A DNA stretch of 64,000 bases, from the NCBI GenBank assembly GCA_013265495.1, contig MU058423.1, positions 2,495,061-2,559,060 on the forward strand. Direction: 5' to 3'. Source of the stretch: Vicugna vicugna (taxonomy: Eukaryota). Of the stretch, positions 13,701-26,465 are shown one piece after another (the stretch's first letter is position 1; every line of letters begins with the position of its first letter). The notes below the pieces were generated by a model, which saw only the letters and a program-made list of their open reading frames with translations, was not told the DNA's origin and did not search any database. A program made the translations under genes and the position numbers.

Positions 13701-16429
13701 ACCCTTTCAGCTTATTCCTTATCTGCAAAATGGAGTTGATACTTCTTCTGTATGAGGAATGTTAGAAAGGTAGAACTGGACATAATACATGTAAAGTACT
13801 GAGCACAGACAATGCCATAAACCGAGTCCTCAATAAATGGTAGGTAGTCTCCATTTTAGCTCCAGGACAAGAAGCATCAGAGAGAAGAGGGAAGCAAAAA
13901 GATACAAATATTAGGAGGATCAGGGGAATCACCTCAAAGCGGCTCATGAAGTCTTTCAGGTTTGGGAATTCATCCAGGCACTTGGGCTCAAATATGCGGT
14001 GCCAGTCAAGAGTGTCATAAGCCAAGAAATCCACAAAGGTGAGCTGCAGGAAGGCAAAGGAGGAATGGGCACCAAACTCTGAACCTGGAAAAAATGACAA
14101 CTCCCCGTCCCTCAAAGCCGACCCCCTTACCTTGTCTCCTGCAAACCAAGTCCTCTTCCCCAGAAACTCTGAGAAGAGCTTCATCTTTTCAGGGATCTCT
14201 TTCAAGAAACCTGGCTTAAGCTCCTCCTAAGGCACAAAACAGCTGTTACGAGCCTCAGACACAGACTTCCTGGGCAGAGAGCAGGCCTCCCGGGGCTGTG
14301 CCTGATCCCAGATGCCAGGTGAGCAGCCATGTCCCCTGACAGCACCTGGGTTGGTGCCCAGGCTCCAATTTAACCCACCTGTGCTCACTAGGAACCGCTG
14401 CCCATCTGTGAGGGATGATGGGAAGGCAAAGGGCAAAACCACACTGTCCCTGAACCTGTCACCACTCATCTCCAACCACCGCCCATGGGTCAGAGCAGCA
14501 GTGCTGGGAGACCTGGCAGAGCTCAGGATTCAGACCTCAGGCAGATGTAATAGTACAATGACCCAGGAAAGACACTGAAAGTTCTAGTAAGTGGGTGATA
14601 GAAATGGTGTGGACACCTGAGTGGTTTCTGGACAGCTGAAGACAATTTGAGAGGTTGAAAGAAAGGAGGGAGGAGAACAAAGTCTGATTCCAAAATACCT
14701 ACTAGGCAAATGTGTGCCTGAGATGCCAAGGACAAGGTGCTGGTCTAACACGGTAAACACCCTGTCTAGGAACTGAATTTTCACCCTAGGGGGTCTACCC
14801 TATAACTGAGTCAGAATTTTCATTTCATACACAGGGGGTTATGAGGATCACTCTGGGGACTTTATAGGGACCAGCTTGGTGGATCAATAGCTCTAAGGAG
14901 TTCAAATGGCAAAGAAGAAAAAACAGTGTAGATGGGACCATGTCCACCCTTTCAAACCCTGTCCAGCCCACCAGTCCAGTGGGAGGGGACTCACAAAGTC
15001 AGGGTGGTAGCAGAGCTCGCCCAAACTCAAGCGCACATCCATAGCCTGGTTCTCCAATATGTCCACACGAATCTTCTCCTCCTCTGTCTCCCCACCTGTG
15101 TCCACACAACAGAGGCTCACCCTCAGCATCCCACCCTAGGAGGCCCAGGGGCATGGTCACCTGTTCCCTGCCCCGACCCCCAGCCCCACTCACACATGTT
15201 GTGCTTGCGAGCAATGTAGCGAAGGATAGCGTTGCTCTGGGTGAGCCTGTGAGCACCATCAATTAGGTAGGGCAGCTGCAAGAACAACAGGGCAGGTTGC
15301 TTGGGCCACCAGGCTCCCCTGCACTCCCTCCCTTGAGCAAAGGCGGAGATGAAATCTGGTACTCACAGGGCCTGTCCCATGGGAGGCACTAAACAATATA
15401 CTGTACTATAACTAAATGAGCTGGGACATAGAGCATCACTGAAAGGCAGCGAGAGAACCAGGGAGCTGAGAGGCTGAGCAGAAGGCACAAGATTCTGAAA
15501 CCTCTAAGCTGGGAAAGGAGACAGAGCAGTAGCACCGTCCACTTTCCCCGAGAGCACCCCCATCCCCAGCACCTACATTGGGGAAGTCCAGGCCCAGCTT
15601 GAATTTTTCGTTCAGCCACTGGCTTCTGTCATAGTCAGGAGCTGTGGTAAAAAAAAAATGCAGTGAACCAAACCTGTCCAGAGTCTGACCCTCTTTCCTG
15701 GGGAGACCTACTAAGGAGTCAGAGGCCAGTCCCCTAGACTGGTAGATCTGGAATCTGAACTCTAAGTCTCACATTCCAGGTTTATGGGGAAAGCACACTT
15801 ACAAGGTGGGACATATATGATTAAGGCTTGCATAGTGTTTGGACAAGCCCTAAGGCAACCCATGCCAATGGCTGATATAGGTGCCAATAATCAGCTCTCA
15901 TGTCCTGCCTTGGAGACCAGCTACACCCTTAAATGGTTTGGGAAGGGGCAGGCCTCTGATTCAACTGTTGGAGTGCCGCAGAGCCAAACAGCAGCAACCA
16001 GGACAGGGGATGCTTAGCATGAAATTAGCATGAGTTGGGCAGAAGTCAGAACACACAAGGATGCCATTACCGTCCCCCATCCTGTAAGTTTTCTCCTCAT
16101 AGACTGAGTCTGTGTACTCCAGGAGCAGGCGGATGGCGTGACCCAGCTGGGAGAGATGGCCAAGGCAGAGGTCAGATGTGAAGTCCTGACTGCCTGTCTT
16201 TCTCTGTTCCAGTACACATCCCACACCCCCCAAATACCCCCCACACACACAGCCAGTCAGAAGGTCCAGCTGAGGGATGGGGTTCTGCTCCAGCAAGCCC
16301 TGTAAAGTTTGTGGTTAAACAGATCCTCAGCTGTGCAGCATTCCCCTGTTTAGCAGCCTCCATCCCACCTGCCCTAGTGAACCCCTCGCTTACCCCGCGG
16401 ATGTCCCAGTAACCCAGAATCATAGGCAT
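4717..16429 (-). CDS. GSTM1-like: Glutathione S-transferase mu class, paralog A (218 aa); exons 16394-16429, 16071-16146, 15577-15641, 15194-15275, 14995-15095, 14131-14226, 13933-14043, 4717-4806
   Basis: Eight GT-AG-bounded exons of GSTM sizes (36,76,65,82,101,96,111,90) join in frame: [66 protein letters not shown]...SNAIL...[31 protein letters not shown]. Catalytic Tyr7, mu loop and Tyr116 are present. One-to-one orthology cannot be assigned. Confidence 0.95.
5251..12311 (+). mobile_element. Degenerate two-LTR endogenous retrovirus (class I/MER4-group-like) in intron 7 of gene A; 5' LTR about 5251-5695, 3' LTR 11850-12311; interrupted by an L1
   Basis: Two similar ~450-bp TGTAA...CA repeats with AATAAA; degenerate PBS (tggcaaccgggagaggac) after the first; purine tract before the second. 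Confidence 0.75.
6181..10112 (+). mobile_element. 5'-truncated LINE-1 (most of ORF2 with frameshifts/stops, 3'UTR, A-tail) nested in the ERV
   Basis: ORF fragments [64 protein letters not shown] are L1 ORF2 EN/RT motifs. Confidence 0.95.
12472..12482 (+). promoter_or_regulatory. Perfect NF-E2/NRF2-sMAF antioxidant response element (ATGACTCAGCA) in intron 7 of gene A
   Basis: Exact match to RTGACTCAGCA followed by AAA; function untested. Confidence 0.5.
13690..13845 (+). mobile_element. MIR in intron 7 (paralogous copies near 23660-23830, 41670-41845, 57480-57645)
   Basis: cttatctgcaaaatggagttgatact...gtaaagtactgagcacag...cctcaataaatggtag is the MIR core and 3' end. Confidence 0.6.
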
Positions 16430-16620
16430 GGTGCCAGTTACGACACTCTGAGTTGAGAGACTTCAGGGAACTGGGCTTGAAATTTATCCTCCGACCTGGG
16501 GGTGAAGGCGGGGCCGGAAGCATCCGCCCCCCTTCTCGGCCCCGCCCCCAGCGCCCTCTGGTCACACCACTACCCTTGTCAGCTGGTGCCCCAGGTGGGC
16601 GGGGTGAGAGCTATTTCAGT
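16430..16620 (-). promoter_or_regulatory. Proximal promoter of GSTM A: TATA-like GATAAA (16483-16488), GC boxes, ETS-like CCGGAAG
   Basis: CpG-enriched stretch just 5' of the ATG with GGCGGGGC/CCGCCCC boxes; the arrangement is conserved in B and C. Confidence 0.6.
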
Positions 16621-19483
16621 CTCCTAGCAGCAGCGACTCCGGAGCCAAGCTCCTACAGGACAAGGGCCACCTGGGTCGGGCTTGCCTGCTTCGCGCCCCA
16701 AGTCAGACCTCAGCTAAGGGAGTTAGCAGCGCACTCGCACTTGGGGAAACAAGCTTGAATCTTAACAAGAGCAAGGCTCCTGCCCCTCCCCTTCCCTCTG
16801 AAGTGCCTCTCAAATTTAACCCCCTCGCTGCTCAATCCCCTGGACTCAAGAAGGCTCTGACTGCCAAGTTAAGACCAAGAGTGGGGCCCCTCAAATCGAG
16901 AGGTTAGTCAAAACCTGTCACAGGAAGAAAAATAATCCTGACAGCAGCTAGTCTTCCAGACAGGCAATCAAGGAATAAGAAAAAACACTCAGACAAGGGG
17001 CAGGGAAAGAAAATGTGGTCTTGGTGTTTTCCTTTCAGGGGCTGAGGAGGACCCAGCCCTCCAGTCACGTGCCTACCAGTGTTAAGGACCAAATGTAAAA
17101 CAATCCAGTAAGTGTATGGCCTCACTGCTGAATCCAAATCCAGACCAGGCCCAGCAGAGAGGATATCCAGGTACAGTTCAGAGATGCCCTGACAGCCAAG
17201 TTACATGGACCTCATCTTGACTGGCACAGCGACAGGGAGTGTGGTGGTCACAGGGGGAATATGACTGAGGGAGAAGAGCTGTCCTCGGAGCAGTCAGGTG
17301 GCTCAGCTGCTGGAGAGGGTGGCCAGAGCAGTGTGACCAGCCATGAGCCTGGAGGACTGCCCTCAGGACCATAATTAGAGGGGCCCAGCACACCTTTGGT
17401 TGCCCAAGTCGTTGGATTCCAGCCCTGATCCTGGCTCCTGACCCCTGTGTGATTTTGTGTTGGAGAGGGTAGCTCAGGTGTCCTTTGAAGTCACTCTGTA
17501 ATCTGTGACCTGTGGTACAACCTGCACCAGAGCAATGTCCTACCTGCCAACCTTCTACTCTGAAGGCTGAAGATTATTTCAAAATTAAGGGGATAGCACA
17601 TAAGTTGGCATGTGGTAGCTTTCCTTTCTTTAAAGGATATTTCAGAATACTGGATATGTAACAACAGTTACAAGGACATTTTTTTAAAAATGGGTTTTAC
17701 AAGTTGAAACATAGAGTTACTATACTTCCAAAAAATAAGTTTAAAATTACATAACACTTTGTTAGGGTAGAAAGTTATGAACCCAGTATTAAACACAGGT
17801 TTCAAATACCCAAAATAGAGTGTGGAGTCAGGGTTGAGGAGGACAAATAGACTTCCTGTAATCCCTGTGAAATCACAGTCACAGGTCTGCGCTTCTGCTA
17901 AGCTGGGGAGCTGGGAGGGTGTGTCACCAGAGACCAGCAGAGCTCTGGCCCTGTGGCAGATGCACCCCAGACATTCAGACCTCGTCAGGCCTCTGGGCTC
18001 CAGGTCTGGGTCCAGGCTCAGGATGCAGCTCAGGGTCAGGCAGATGCCCTTGCTGGTTTATCCACAGGGAGGCCACGGTGGCCACGCACACACAAACCTG
18101 CTGCCCCTCTTAATACTTAAAATTTTCATCATATAAAGGAGCTGTCATGATGAGTTTTATACAGCTTGAAGTTGGAACAGATACATGACTAGATTCCCAC
18201 TGAGAAAATGGCTTTTTTAAAATCACATTAAACAGCATAAGAACATTTAAACTACTTAGAACAGATACTGTTCTGTGAGCATTCATGCATCCAGCCATTC
18301 TATTTTTATAAAACCATCATTGAGATGCTGTCATCTGGCAGGAACCGTGAGTAAGACAAGTAACAAGTGCTAGCCATCAGCGGGGAAATACAGGGAGACA
18401 TTTTTAAAATATAGAACAGATTTTAAGTGTTCAAACTCTGAGAGGCAGTGAGAGAGAGGGACTTTGAATGCAGGAGAAAGAGGCCATGTCTGTTAGGACA
18501 AGGAACTTTGGAGACAGGGATGGGCCCAGAGCACAGGTGGCCCCACCAGAAGGAAGAGGACAGTTGTGCAGAAGGAGGAGCGGGACTGGCCCAGCAGACT
18601 CTCAAACAGTCCCACAGATGCAGAGGACCAGACTGTGTGTGCAGCGGGTCTGGGAAGAGCAATATGGGGCCGTGGGACCAGGGAGAGCAGACAGTGGGCT
18701 GAAGCTTGTGACTGTAGCCAGTGGCTGCCTGGCTGAGATTCAATGCCAGCGTTGCCACATTTTCTGGATTTGCATGTGCTCTCTCTTGACTGTACAATGT
18801 TGACAAGTTCCAATATTTTACAGAACTCCCTGTGCAGGACATCAAAACATACCGCGTCCAAAGTCCAGTCCCCCGGGCCTGCCTCTAGTCTGACTCTGGG
18901 CTGCATCCCCTAATTCCCTCCAGCTGCACTGCTGACCTTCTGAACTCTCCAGAAATTCTGTATGAAATAGCCTCAGTATACAAAACTGTATGTATAGAAA
19001 TAAACACAAAAGGTAGAATTAAAATGTGTCCTACTTCTTAGTATTGCTTTTTTGTTTTTTACTATTTGTAAATTTTGTCTCTGTAAGTTTAGGAAATCCA
19101 GGATATAAAGAATATTTCTTTAAAAATAGGAAAATAAAAATAACCATCGACAAGATACTGCCAAATTGTACATTAGACAAAAGTTTTCTGCTTGCTTATA
19201 ATATTTTGAATAAGGAAAGGCAGACAAACTAGGGTTGCTAGAATTTAGAAAGGAATCAAGTTCAAGATGAAAAATATAGAAAACAAAAAATAGTAATAAG
19301 GAGATAATATCCCATTTAAACAAATGTGTTCAAACTTCATTTTGAACTGTCTTCATTACCACATGTTGCCTCTTTTTTTAAGGAGTGAGCTATTTTGTTC
19401 TTCTTTTAGAATCACCTTTTACATTACGCATCTACAATTCTAGCTTTAATATAGCTCTCCCCTTTTACTTTGAGGGTCTAAAT

Positions 19484-19633
19484 CAGGAGTCGGGGCACTG
19501 AGGCCACCTGGTTATGAGGTTATGAGGGGACAGCCCCATCCACTCCCTTATGTCTGTGGCTGCTTTCACACAATGATAAGGGTGAGCAATTCTATCGGAG
19601 ACCTTATGCCCACAAAGCCAAAAATATTTACTG
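19484..19633. mobile_element. MER58-like hAT remnant (second copy about 32331-32483)
   Basis: gtctgtggctgctttcac...gagaccttatgcccacaaagccaaaaatatttact matches recalled MER58 consensus. Confidence 0.55.
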
Positions 19634-21252
19634 ACTTATCAGTTTCATTAACTTTTAGCTTTACTGGACTTTTTTATGTTACCAGTTTTATACATATATA
19701 ATTTTTTTTTACTAATCTTTCTCTTTTAAAGATTTTTAACATTATTCCCACTACTCCCTTTTTATTTAATTACCAGAAGTGACTGTGTGTACAAATATCC
19801 AACAGGACTCTTCTCCAAAGCTTCTCCCTGTTTTGAACTAAGAATCGAGGCTCGGCCTTAAGAAGGCCCAACTCCAAATTCCAGCCGCTGTTTGAGGAAC
19901 TTGCTAATCAGATGGTCATCTAATGAGTCCTGCTGCTTTGCTGGTCCCCTAACATAAAATGTCCACACCACCTCCTGACTGCATAGGCTGACTACACTCT
20001 GGCCCAGCACTCTACACCTGCCCATTTCAGGTCAAGTTATTTAATGGGCAGCTACAGTCTTATTAATGCTTAAGTTAGAGGGAGCTAATGACTTTGCCCC
20101 AGACCTGTAGATTTAAATCTTCTGAATTTTGTTAACTACATCCAGAGCTCAAATACCTTATAATGGCTGCAGAGTGTTCCAGGCTTTTAACTAGAAATAG
20201 TGCTTTCAAATTTTCCACCTTTCACCAAACACTTATTATGTACCAGGCAGTGTCATAGATACAAGGGATATGAAGTCGAGTAAGACATGGATTCTCTCAA
20301 TGAATTTGTGGTCAATTTGGAAAGAAAAACAAGTAAAACAATTATAATACAGTGGGATGGGATTCACTGAGATACATTATAAGAGCACAGAGGGAGGGTA
20401 TCTAAAGCAGGGGAAGCTCTGGGAAAGGGTGAGAGAAGGTAGTCCACTGGAATCCCACACCAGCAGTGAACTGCTCACCCCTTTCCCTGGCACCCAAAAG
20501 CCCCCTGAACCATGACACAGAGTACTACAAGCCTACAGGAGGTGTCCCATGAATGCTGAATTAAGGAGGGAACCAGGTATAGAAGCCCCCCACCACCACC
20601 TTCTGGAGAGACCCCACGCTAAGGAACAGAGGTACATGAAGCAAAGACAGAAATGAGCAGGAAACATTATAATCCTCTGTCCCCACACGCATCCCCACCC
20701 ATGGGGCCCATGAAATGGACAACAGAAGGGAAAAATGACACCCACACACACCCAACACAGTCAGTCGTGAGTCCAGAGAGCCAGGAAGGAATAAAACAGG
20801 ACACAGCAGGTATGGGTAAGGCTTTACTGGGGTAAGACAGGGCTGGGCAGGAACTACACTGGGAAGCAGGCCCTGCACGCAGGCCACTACTGGTCTTCAG
20901 GGCAGTGCCGGGAGCTGAGAGCAGGGCTCCATGGGCCTGGGGTCTGCTTGGGCTTCTCATACCAGAAACCACCGTGGAAGGGGAGGATCACGGGTTGGCA
21001 TTAGTGCAGGAGGGATAACGTGGGGAGGGGAGGAATTTGCTGAAGAGAAGTTGGGAGCTGAAGCTTTAAAGGATGGATGGAAAGGAATTGGGAGGGACAT
21101 AAGGGGGCCAGTAAGGCATCTAGAGTGAATAGAAGGAGAAAGAAAAAGACAGATGGTCTTGGGGGGTGCAGGGAGGTCCAGCTGTTCTCCAGGGCCCTGG
21201 CGCCGCAAGCACAGCGCTGGCTCCGCACTCCGGCTCCTGCTCTTCCAGGGCA

Positions 21253-24200
21253 CTACTTGTTGCCCCACGTGGCCATCTTTAGAAACAGAGGTCTTCGGAG
21301 GAAGCGGCTAGACTTCATGTAGGCAGAAATCTTCTTCAGGCCCTGAGGGTGGGGAGAAGATGGTAAGACCTCAGGTCTGCTGCCCCATTGGGGCTCGAGG
21401 AGCTCTACACAAGTTTGGGACCCTAGTCCAGCCCTTCCACATGGGGTCATGTGTTGGGGCAAAAGAAAGTCTTCTAGGTTCCCAGCTCAGGAAAGTTAAC
21501 ACCTCCAATTTCCTGTAACTGATGCAATATTGTAAAAAGACTGACCACATATGGAGACCCAACACTGTGCTAGGTGCTGTGCATCCACTGGAGATGATGA
21601 TGCACATTTAGAATCTCTTCATGACTACCCGACAAGAGAGGTTATACTGTCATCATTCATCAGAAGGGAACCTGAGGCACACAGAGCTTTAGGACCTCCC
21701 GCCTGCTCACACAGCTCATTAGTAATATGGCTAGAATGCAGCCTGACCAATTTCTCTCCATTTTGAGTTCTTTCTGCTGCACTCCCTTCCTGACCACTGT
21801 AAACAAAAAGAACAAAGAAGCTAACTCGCTATCTGGTTATACAAAAGGATTAAGTCACAACCCAAGGCCGTCAAACACCAATATTGTGCCCTGAGTGGAA
21901 ATCAGGATGGAGATAAACAGGATGAAATACTCTGTATTTTGGATATAGGGGCCTCTAGATAATTAGGATAAATGTCTAAGGAAGAATTTCAGCGACTTCA
22001 AATTAATGCATCTCCTCATACATAGAAAAGCACCAAAATCATTGACAAGACGCTGGTTTTTCTATGATTAGTCGTAATCTTTTATCAGTGTGCATGGTTG
22101 ACTATCTGTAGGCCCCAGTCAGAAATTCACGTATGTGCTGTCTCTTTCCCTACCTCTTCAGAGCAGTTCCTCAGAGCTTGTGACAGGCTGTCTCCTGGGC
22201 GACATTGCTCACTAAGTTCCCCAAATAAAACACACTCACTGCTCATAAATTCTGAGGGATTTTTGTTGCTGTTGTGTTCGTTTTGTTTTGTTTTTTAGCC
22301 AGTTGACACCTCACCCCAGGAGGAACTGTTCTGCTCATTCTGCAAAAATATTCTCTTTTTCGGAAGGAGGCTTCCGGGGTTTCCATGGATTTTCCCACAG
22401 AGAGACGCCTAGCTCAACAAAGGGGCTCGGCAGCTTGCCGAAGAGACCAGGTCTCACCCAGTAACTCAGCAAATCCTGGATGAAAGGTGATAGGAGAGTG
22501 TGGAGCAGCAAGGGCAGGCCTACTTATTCCACTAAAAGGACAGAGTCCAACTGCCTGGCCTAGTACCTGAGTCCAGTCTCACTGGGCCCAAACCTACCCT
22601 ATCCCCAGTCCTGCTGCTGCCAACACGGCAGTATGACACTCAGGTGTATCTGTGCACCATCTTCCCAAGACAGAGAGTGTCCAATAAGTTATAATATGCA
22701 AAGAACATGGGACTGTGTGTACCCAACAGCTCAGGCCTCCACGGGCCACACACTGCAGCTCACAGCTGTCCCCACCCTCCCAGCCAGGCAATCATCTCAG
22801 CTCTTGCAAAACCCCTGAGGCTGGTCAACCTGGACCAGACCCAGAGCTGTGGAGAAGTAGCTGATAAAGCAGATTTTGTGGTGGGAAGTGGAAATGGGAA
22901 ACAAATTGTAGGCTGAAAAAACCTATTGGACTAATGACCCAAATTCCCAGATCTGTCATAGAGCAGACTTTGTTGCTCTCCAGTTGGTTAACTGAGGCTG
23001 ACCATTGATGAGCTGTGAGATGAGGTCAGGCTGTGCTCCTCCAGCACCAAGATGGTACCACACACACCACACAGCTCGGTATTCCTGTAGTTCTCCAGCT
23101 GCACTGAGCCCCAGAGGGTGGGCGCCAGGCCTGTGTTACGTCTGCATCCCCCTGTGCCTGACACAGTGCCTCACGCAGAGGGGAAATTAGATCAGTGAAT
23201 GTGACTTAAAATGAGCGCAGTATCCTGTATCTGGGACAGTACCTTCGGTGATGGAAAGTAAGAAGGAAAGGGAGACGAGGAGGGAAGCAAATTGCCCCAC
23301 AATATGAGACACCAAGATAAAATCCCTCCACAAAGACACCTACCTATGCACTCAAATCCAACACCAACTACACTCTCAGAAATGTCAGTCCAACCCCTAA
23401 CGGAGACTGATTACTACAAAGCCCTCTGGGAATCAGGAGAAAATAATGTCGGTGTCTTTGGTACTTAGTATCAATCCTACTGGGTCACAACTCTAACGCC
23501 AGCTGTATACAGACTCCTGAAGCTTCTGCTTCATTCAGAGCTGTGGAACCCAGAAAAGAAAATGACCTGAGCCTTTTATTTTCAGTACAGGAAGGGACAG
23601 CCACTGACTGCTGCCCGTAGACACCGGGCGCTCTGAATGGGAGCCCAGCACAGCCTGTACTGGCTCTGTGACCTTCAGAAATTACTTACACTCTCAGCTC
23701 AATACCTTATCCGTAAAGTGGAGGTGAGACTTCTTCTACCTTGTACAAGTGTTGCAAAGATTAAATCTGACACAATATATGTAAGAATTGAGGCAAAGAT
23801 CCTGGCATAAACCAAGTCCTCAGTGAATGCCAGATATTCTTCATTTTAGTTCCAGGACTAGGAAAGCATCAGGGAGAAGAGAAGAGAGAAAAGATATAAA
23901 TATTAGGAGGATCAGGGGAATCACCTCAAAGCGGCTCATGAAGTCTTTCAGGTTTGGGAATTCATCCAGGCACTTGGGCTCAAATATGCGGTACACGTCA
24001 AGGACGTCATAAGCCAAGAAATCCACATAGTTGAGCTGCAGGAAGGCAAAGGAGGAATGGGCACCAAACTCTGAACCTGGAAAAAATGACAACTCCCTGC
24101 CCCTCAAAGCCGACCCCCTTACCTTGTCTCCTGCAAACCAAGTCCTCTTCCCCAGAAACTGTGAGAAGAGCTTCATCTTTTCAGGGATCTCTTTCAAGAA

Positions 24201-26465
24201 ACCTGGCTTAAGCTCCTCCTAAGGTACAAAACAGCTGTTATGAGCCTCAGACACAGACTCCCTGGGCAGAGAGCAGGCCTCCCAGGGCTGTACCTGATCC
24301 CAGCTGCCAGGCAAGCAGCCATGTCCCCCAAACAGCATCTTGGTTGGTGCCCAGGCTCCAATTTAACCCACCTGTGCTCCCTAGACTCCTACTGGGAACC
24401 ACTGCCCAGCTGTGAGGGATGATGGGAAGACTAAGGGCAAAACCACACTGTCCCTGAACCTGTCACCACTCATCTCCAACCACCGCCCATGGGTCAGAGC
24501 AGCAGTGCTGGGAGACCTGGCAGAGCTCAGGATTCAGACCTCAGGCAGATGTAATAGTACAATGACCCAGGAAAGACACTGAAAGTTCTAGTAAGTGGGT
24601 GATAGAAATGGTGGGGATACAAGAGCAGTCTGGACAGCTGAGGAGAATTTGAAGCTAAAAGGAAGGAGGGAGGGGAACAAAGTCTGACCTGTGCAGCCTA
24701 CTGGGTAAATATGTTCATGCCTGAGATCCCAAGGAGGAGTCGCTGGAATAACAAGGTAAACACTTCATCTAGGAATTGAATTTCCACTCTGGGGAGTCTG
24801 GACTCTATCCTAAGGTTGGTGGGATCTTAGTCAGAATTTTTATTTCATGCACAGAGGGATATGATAGGGTCACTAGGCACACACAGTAGGGACCAGCTTG
24901 TTGGATAAGGAGCTCCATGGAGTTCAAAACTTAAAAAAAAAGAAAGAAAGAAAGAAAGAAACAGTATAGCTGGGACCCTGTCTAGCCCAGCCCAGTGGAA
25001 GGGACTCACAAAGTCAGGGTTGTAGCAGACTCTGACCAAATCCAAGCGCGTGTCCATAGCCTGGTTCTCCAAAACGTCCACACGAATCTTCTCCTCCTCT
25101 GTCTCCCCACCTGTGTCCACACAACAGAGGCTCACCCTCAGCTTCCCACCCCAGCCAAGCCCAGGTATGTGGCCACTTGTTTCCCTGTCCCCACCCCCAG
25201 CCCCACTTACACAGGTTGTGCTTGCGAGCAATGTAGCGAAGGATGGCGTTGCTCTGGGTGAGCCTGTGAGCACCATCAATTAGGTAGGGCAGCTGCAAGA
25301 ACAACAGGGCAGGTTGCTTGGGCCACCAGGCTCCCCTGCACCCAGTCCCTTGAGCAAAGGCAGAGATGAAATCTGGTACTCACAGGGCCGGGCTGATACA
25401 AGGCGCTAAATAATATACTATACAAGGACTGGATGAGCTGGGACACAGAGCATCACTGAAAGTCAGTGAGAGAACCAGGGAGCTGAGGGTCTGAGCAGAA
25501 GGCACCTGATCCTGAAAACTCTAAGCTGGGAAACAAGATGGAGGAGAGACACCATCCACGTTCCCCCACAGCACCACTCATCCCCGGCACTTACATTGGG
25601 GAAGTCCAGGCCCAGCTTGAATTTTTCACTCAGCCACTGGCTTCTATCATAGTCAGGAGCTGTGATAAAGAAGACGAAGTGAAACAATCCTTCCGAGAGT
25701 CCAATCCTCCTTCATGGAAGGACCTACAAGGAATCAGAGGCCACAACCCTGGACAGGTGGACCTGGAATCTGAATTACTAAATCTCACATTCCAGTTTTG
25801 TGAGGAAAATACACTTACAAGGCTCTGGAACTTACATGAGTAAGGCTTATAAAGAGTTTGGGCAAAAACTACGGGGAATCTATGCAAGTAGCTGATTTAG
25901 GAGTCCAGTAATCAGCTCTCATGTCCTGCCTTGGAAGCCAGCTGCAGCCTCAAGGGTTTGGAAAGGGACAGGCCCATGCTCTAGCTAGGGAGAGCCGCAG
26001 AGGGGAGCAACAGGGGCCACGTAATGGTTTGCTTAGCATCAGAATCATGTAAATTGGGCTGAAGTCACAACAGGACCACTGGGATGCCATTACCGTCCCC
26101 CATCGAGTAAATCTTCTCCTCATAGTCTGAGCCTGTGTACTCCAAGAGCAGGCGGATGGCGTGAGCCAGCTGGGAGAGAAGGCCGTGACACAGGTCAGAC
26201 ATAAGGGTCCCTAGAGGGTGTCTTTCTCTATCCCGGGTGCCTCCAAACCCCCAACTCCTTCAACGCCGCCCCAACTCGGCTGCACAGGCCAACCAGAGAC
26301 AGAGGGGCGGAGGGAAGGGGCTCGGCTGCAGCAAGCCCTGGAGAATCAGATTCTGGCGAAACAGCCCCCAGCTGCGCAGCATTTCCCCTCCCGCCTCCAT
26401 CCCATCCGCCCTGGTGGACCCCTGCTCACCCCGCGGATGTCCCAGTAACCCAGGATCACAGGCAT
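21253..26465 (-). CDS. GSTM1-like: Glutathione S-transferase mu class, paralog B (218 aa); exons 26430-26465, 26094-26169, 25595-25659, 25211-25292, 25010-25110, 24123-24218, 23925-24035, 21253-21342
   Basis: Canonical exon sizes and GT-AG sites; [51 protein letters not shown]...[17 protein letters not shown]...[14 protein letters not shown]; no stop or frameshift seen. Confidence 0.95.
21798..22308 (+). mobile_element. Solo LTR in intron 7 of gene B, at the same site as the A and C proviruses
   Basis: TGTAAACAAAAAG...CCAGTTGACA, homologous to the A/C LTRs with the same flanks and no internal region. Confidence 0.8.
24932..24961 (+). repeat. A-run plus (GAAA)n microsatellite in intron 5 of B
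   Basis: aaaaaaaaagaaagaaagaaagaaagaa seen directly. Confidence 0.8.

Noticed and set aside
13217..14813. Isolated AP-1 heptamers in gene A (TGACTCA 13217, TGAGTCA 14807)
   Set aside because: They lack the ARE GC dinucleotide, are not conserved in the paralogs, and are expected by chance.
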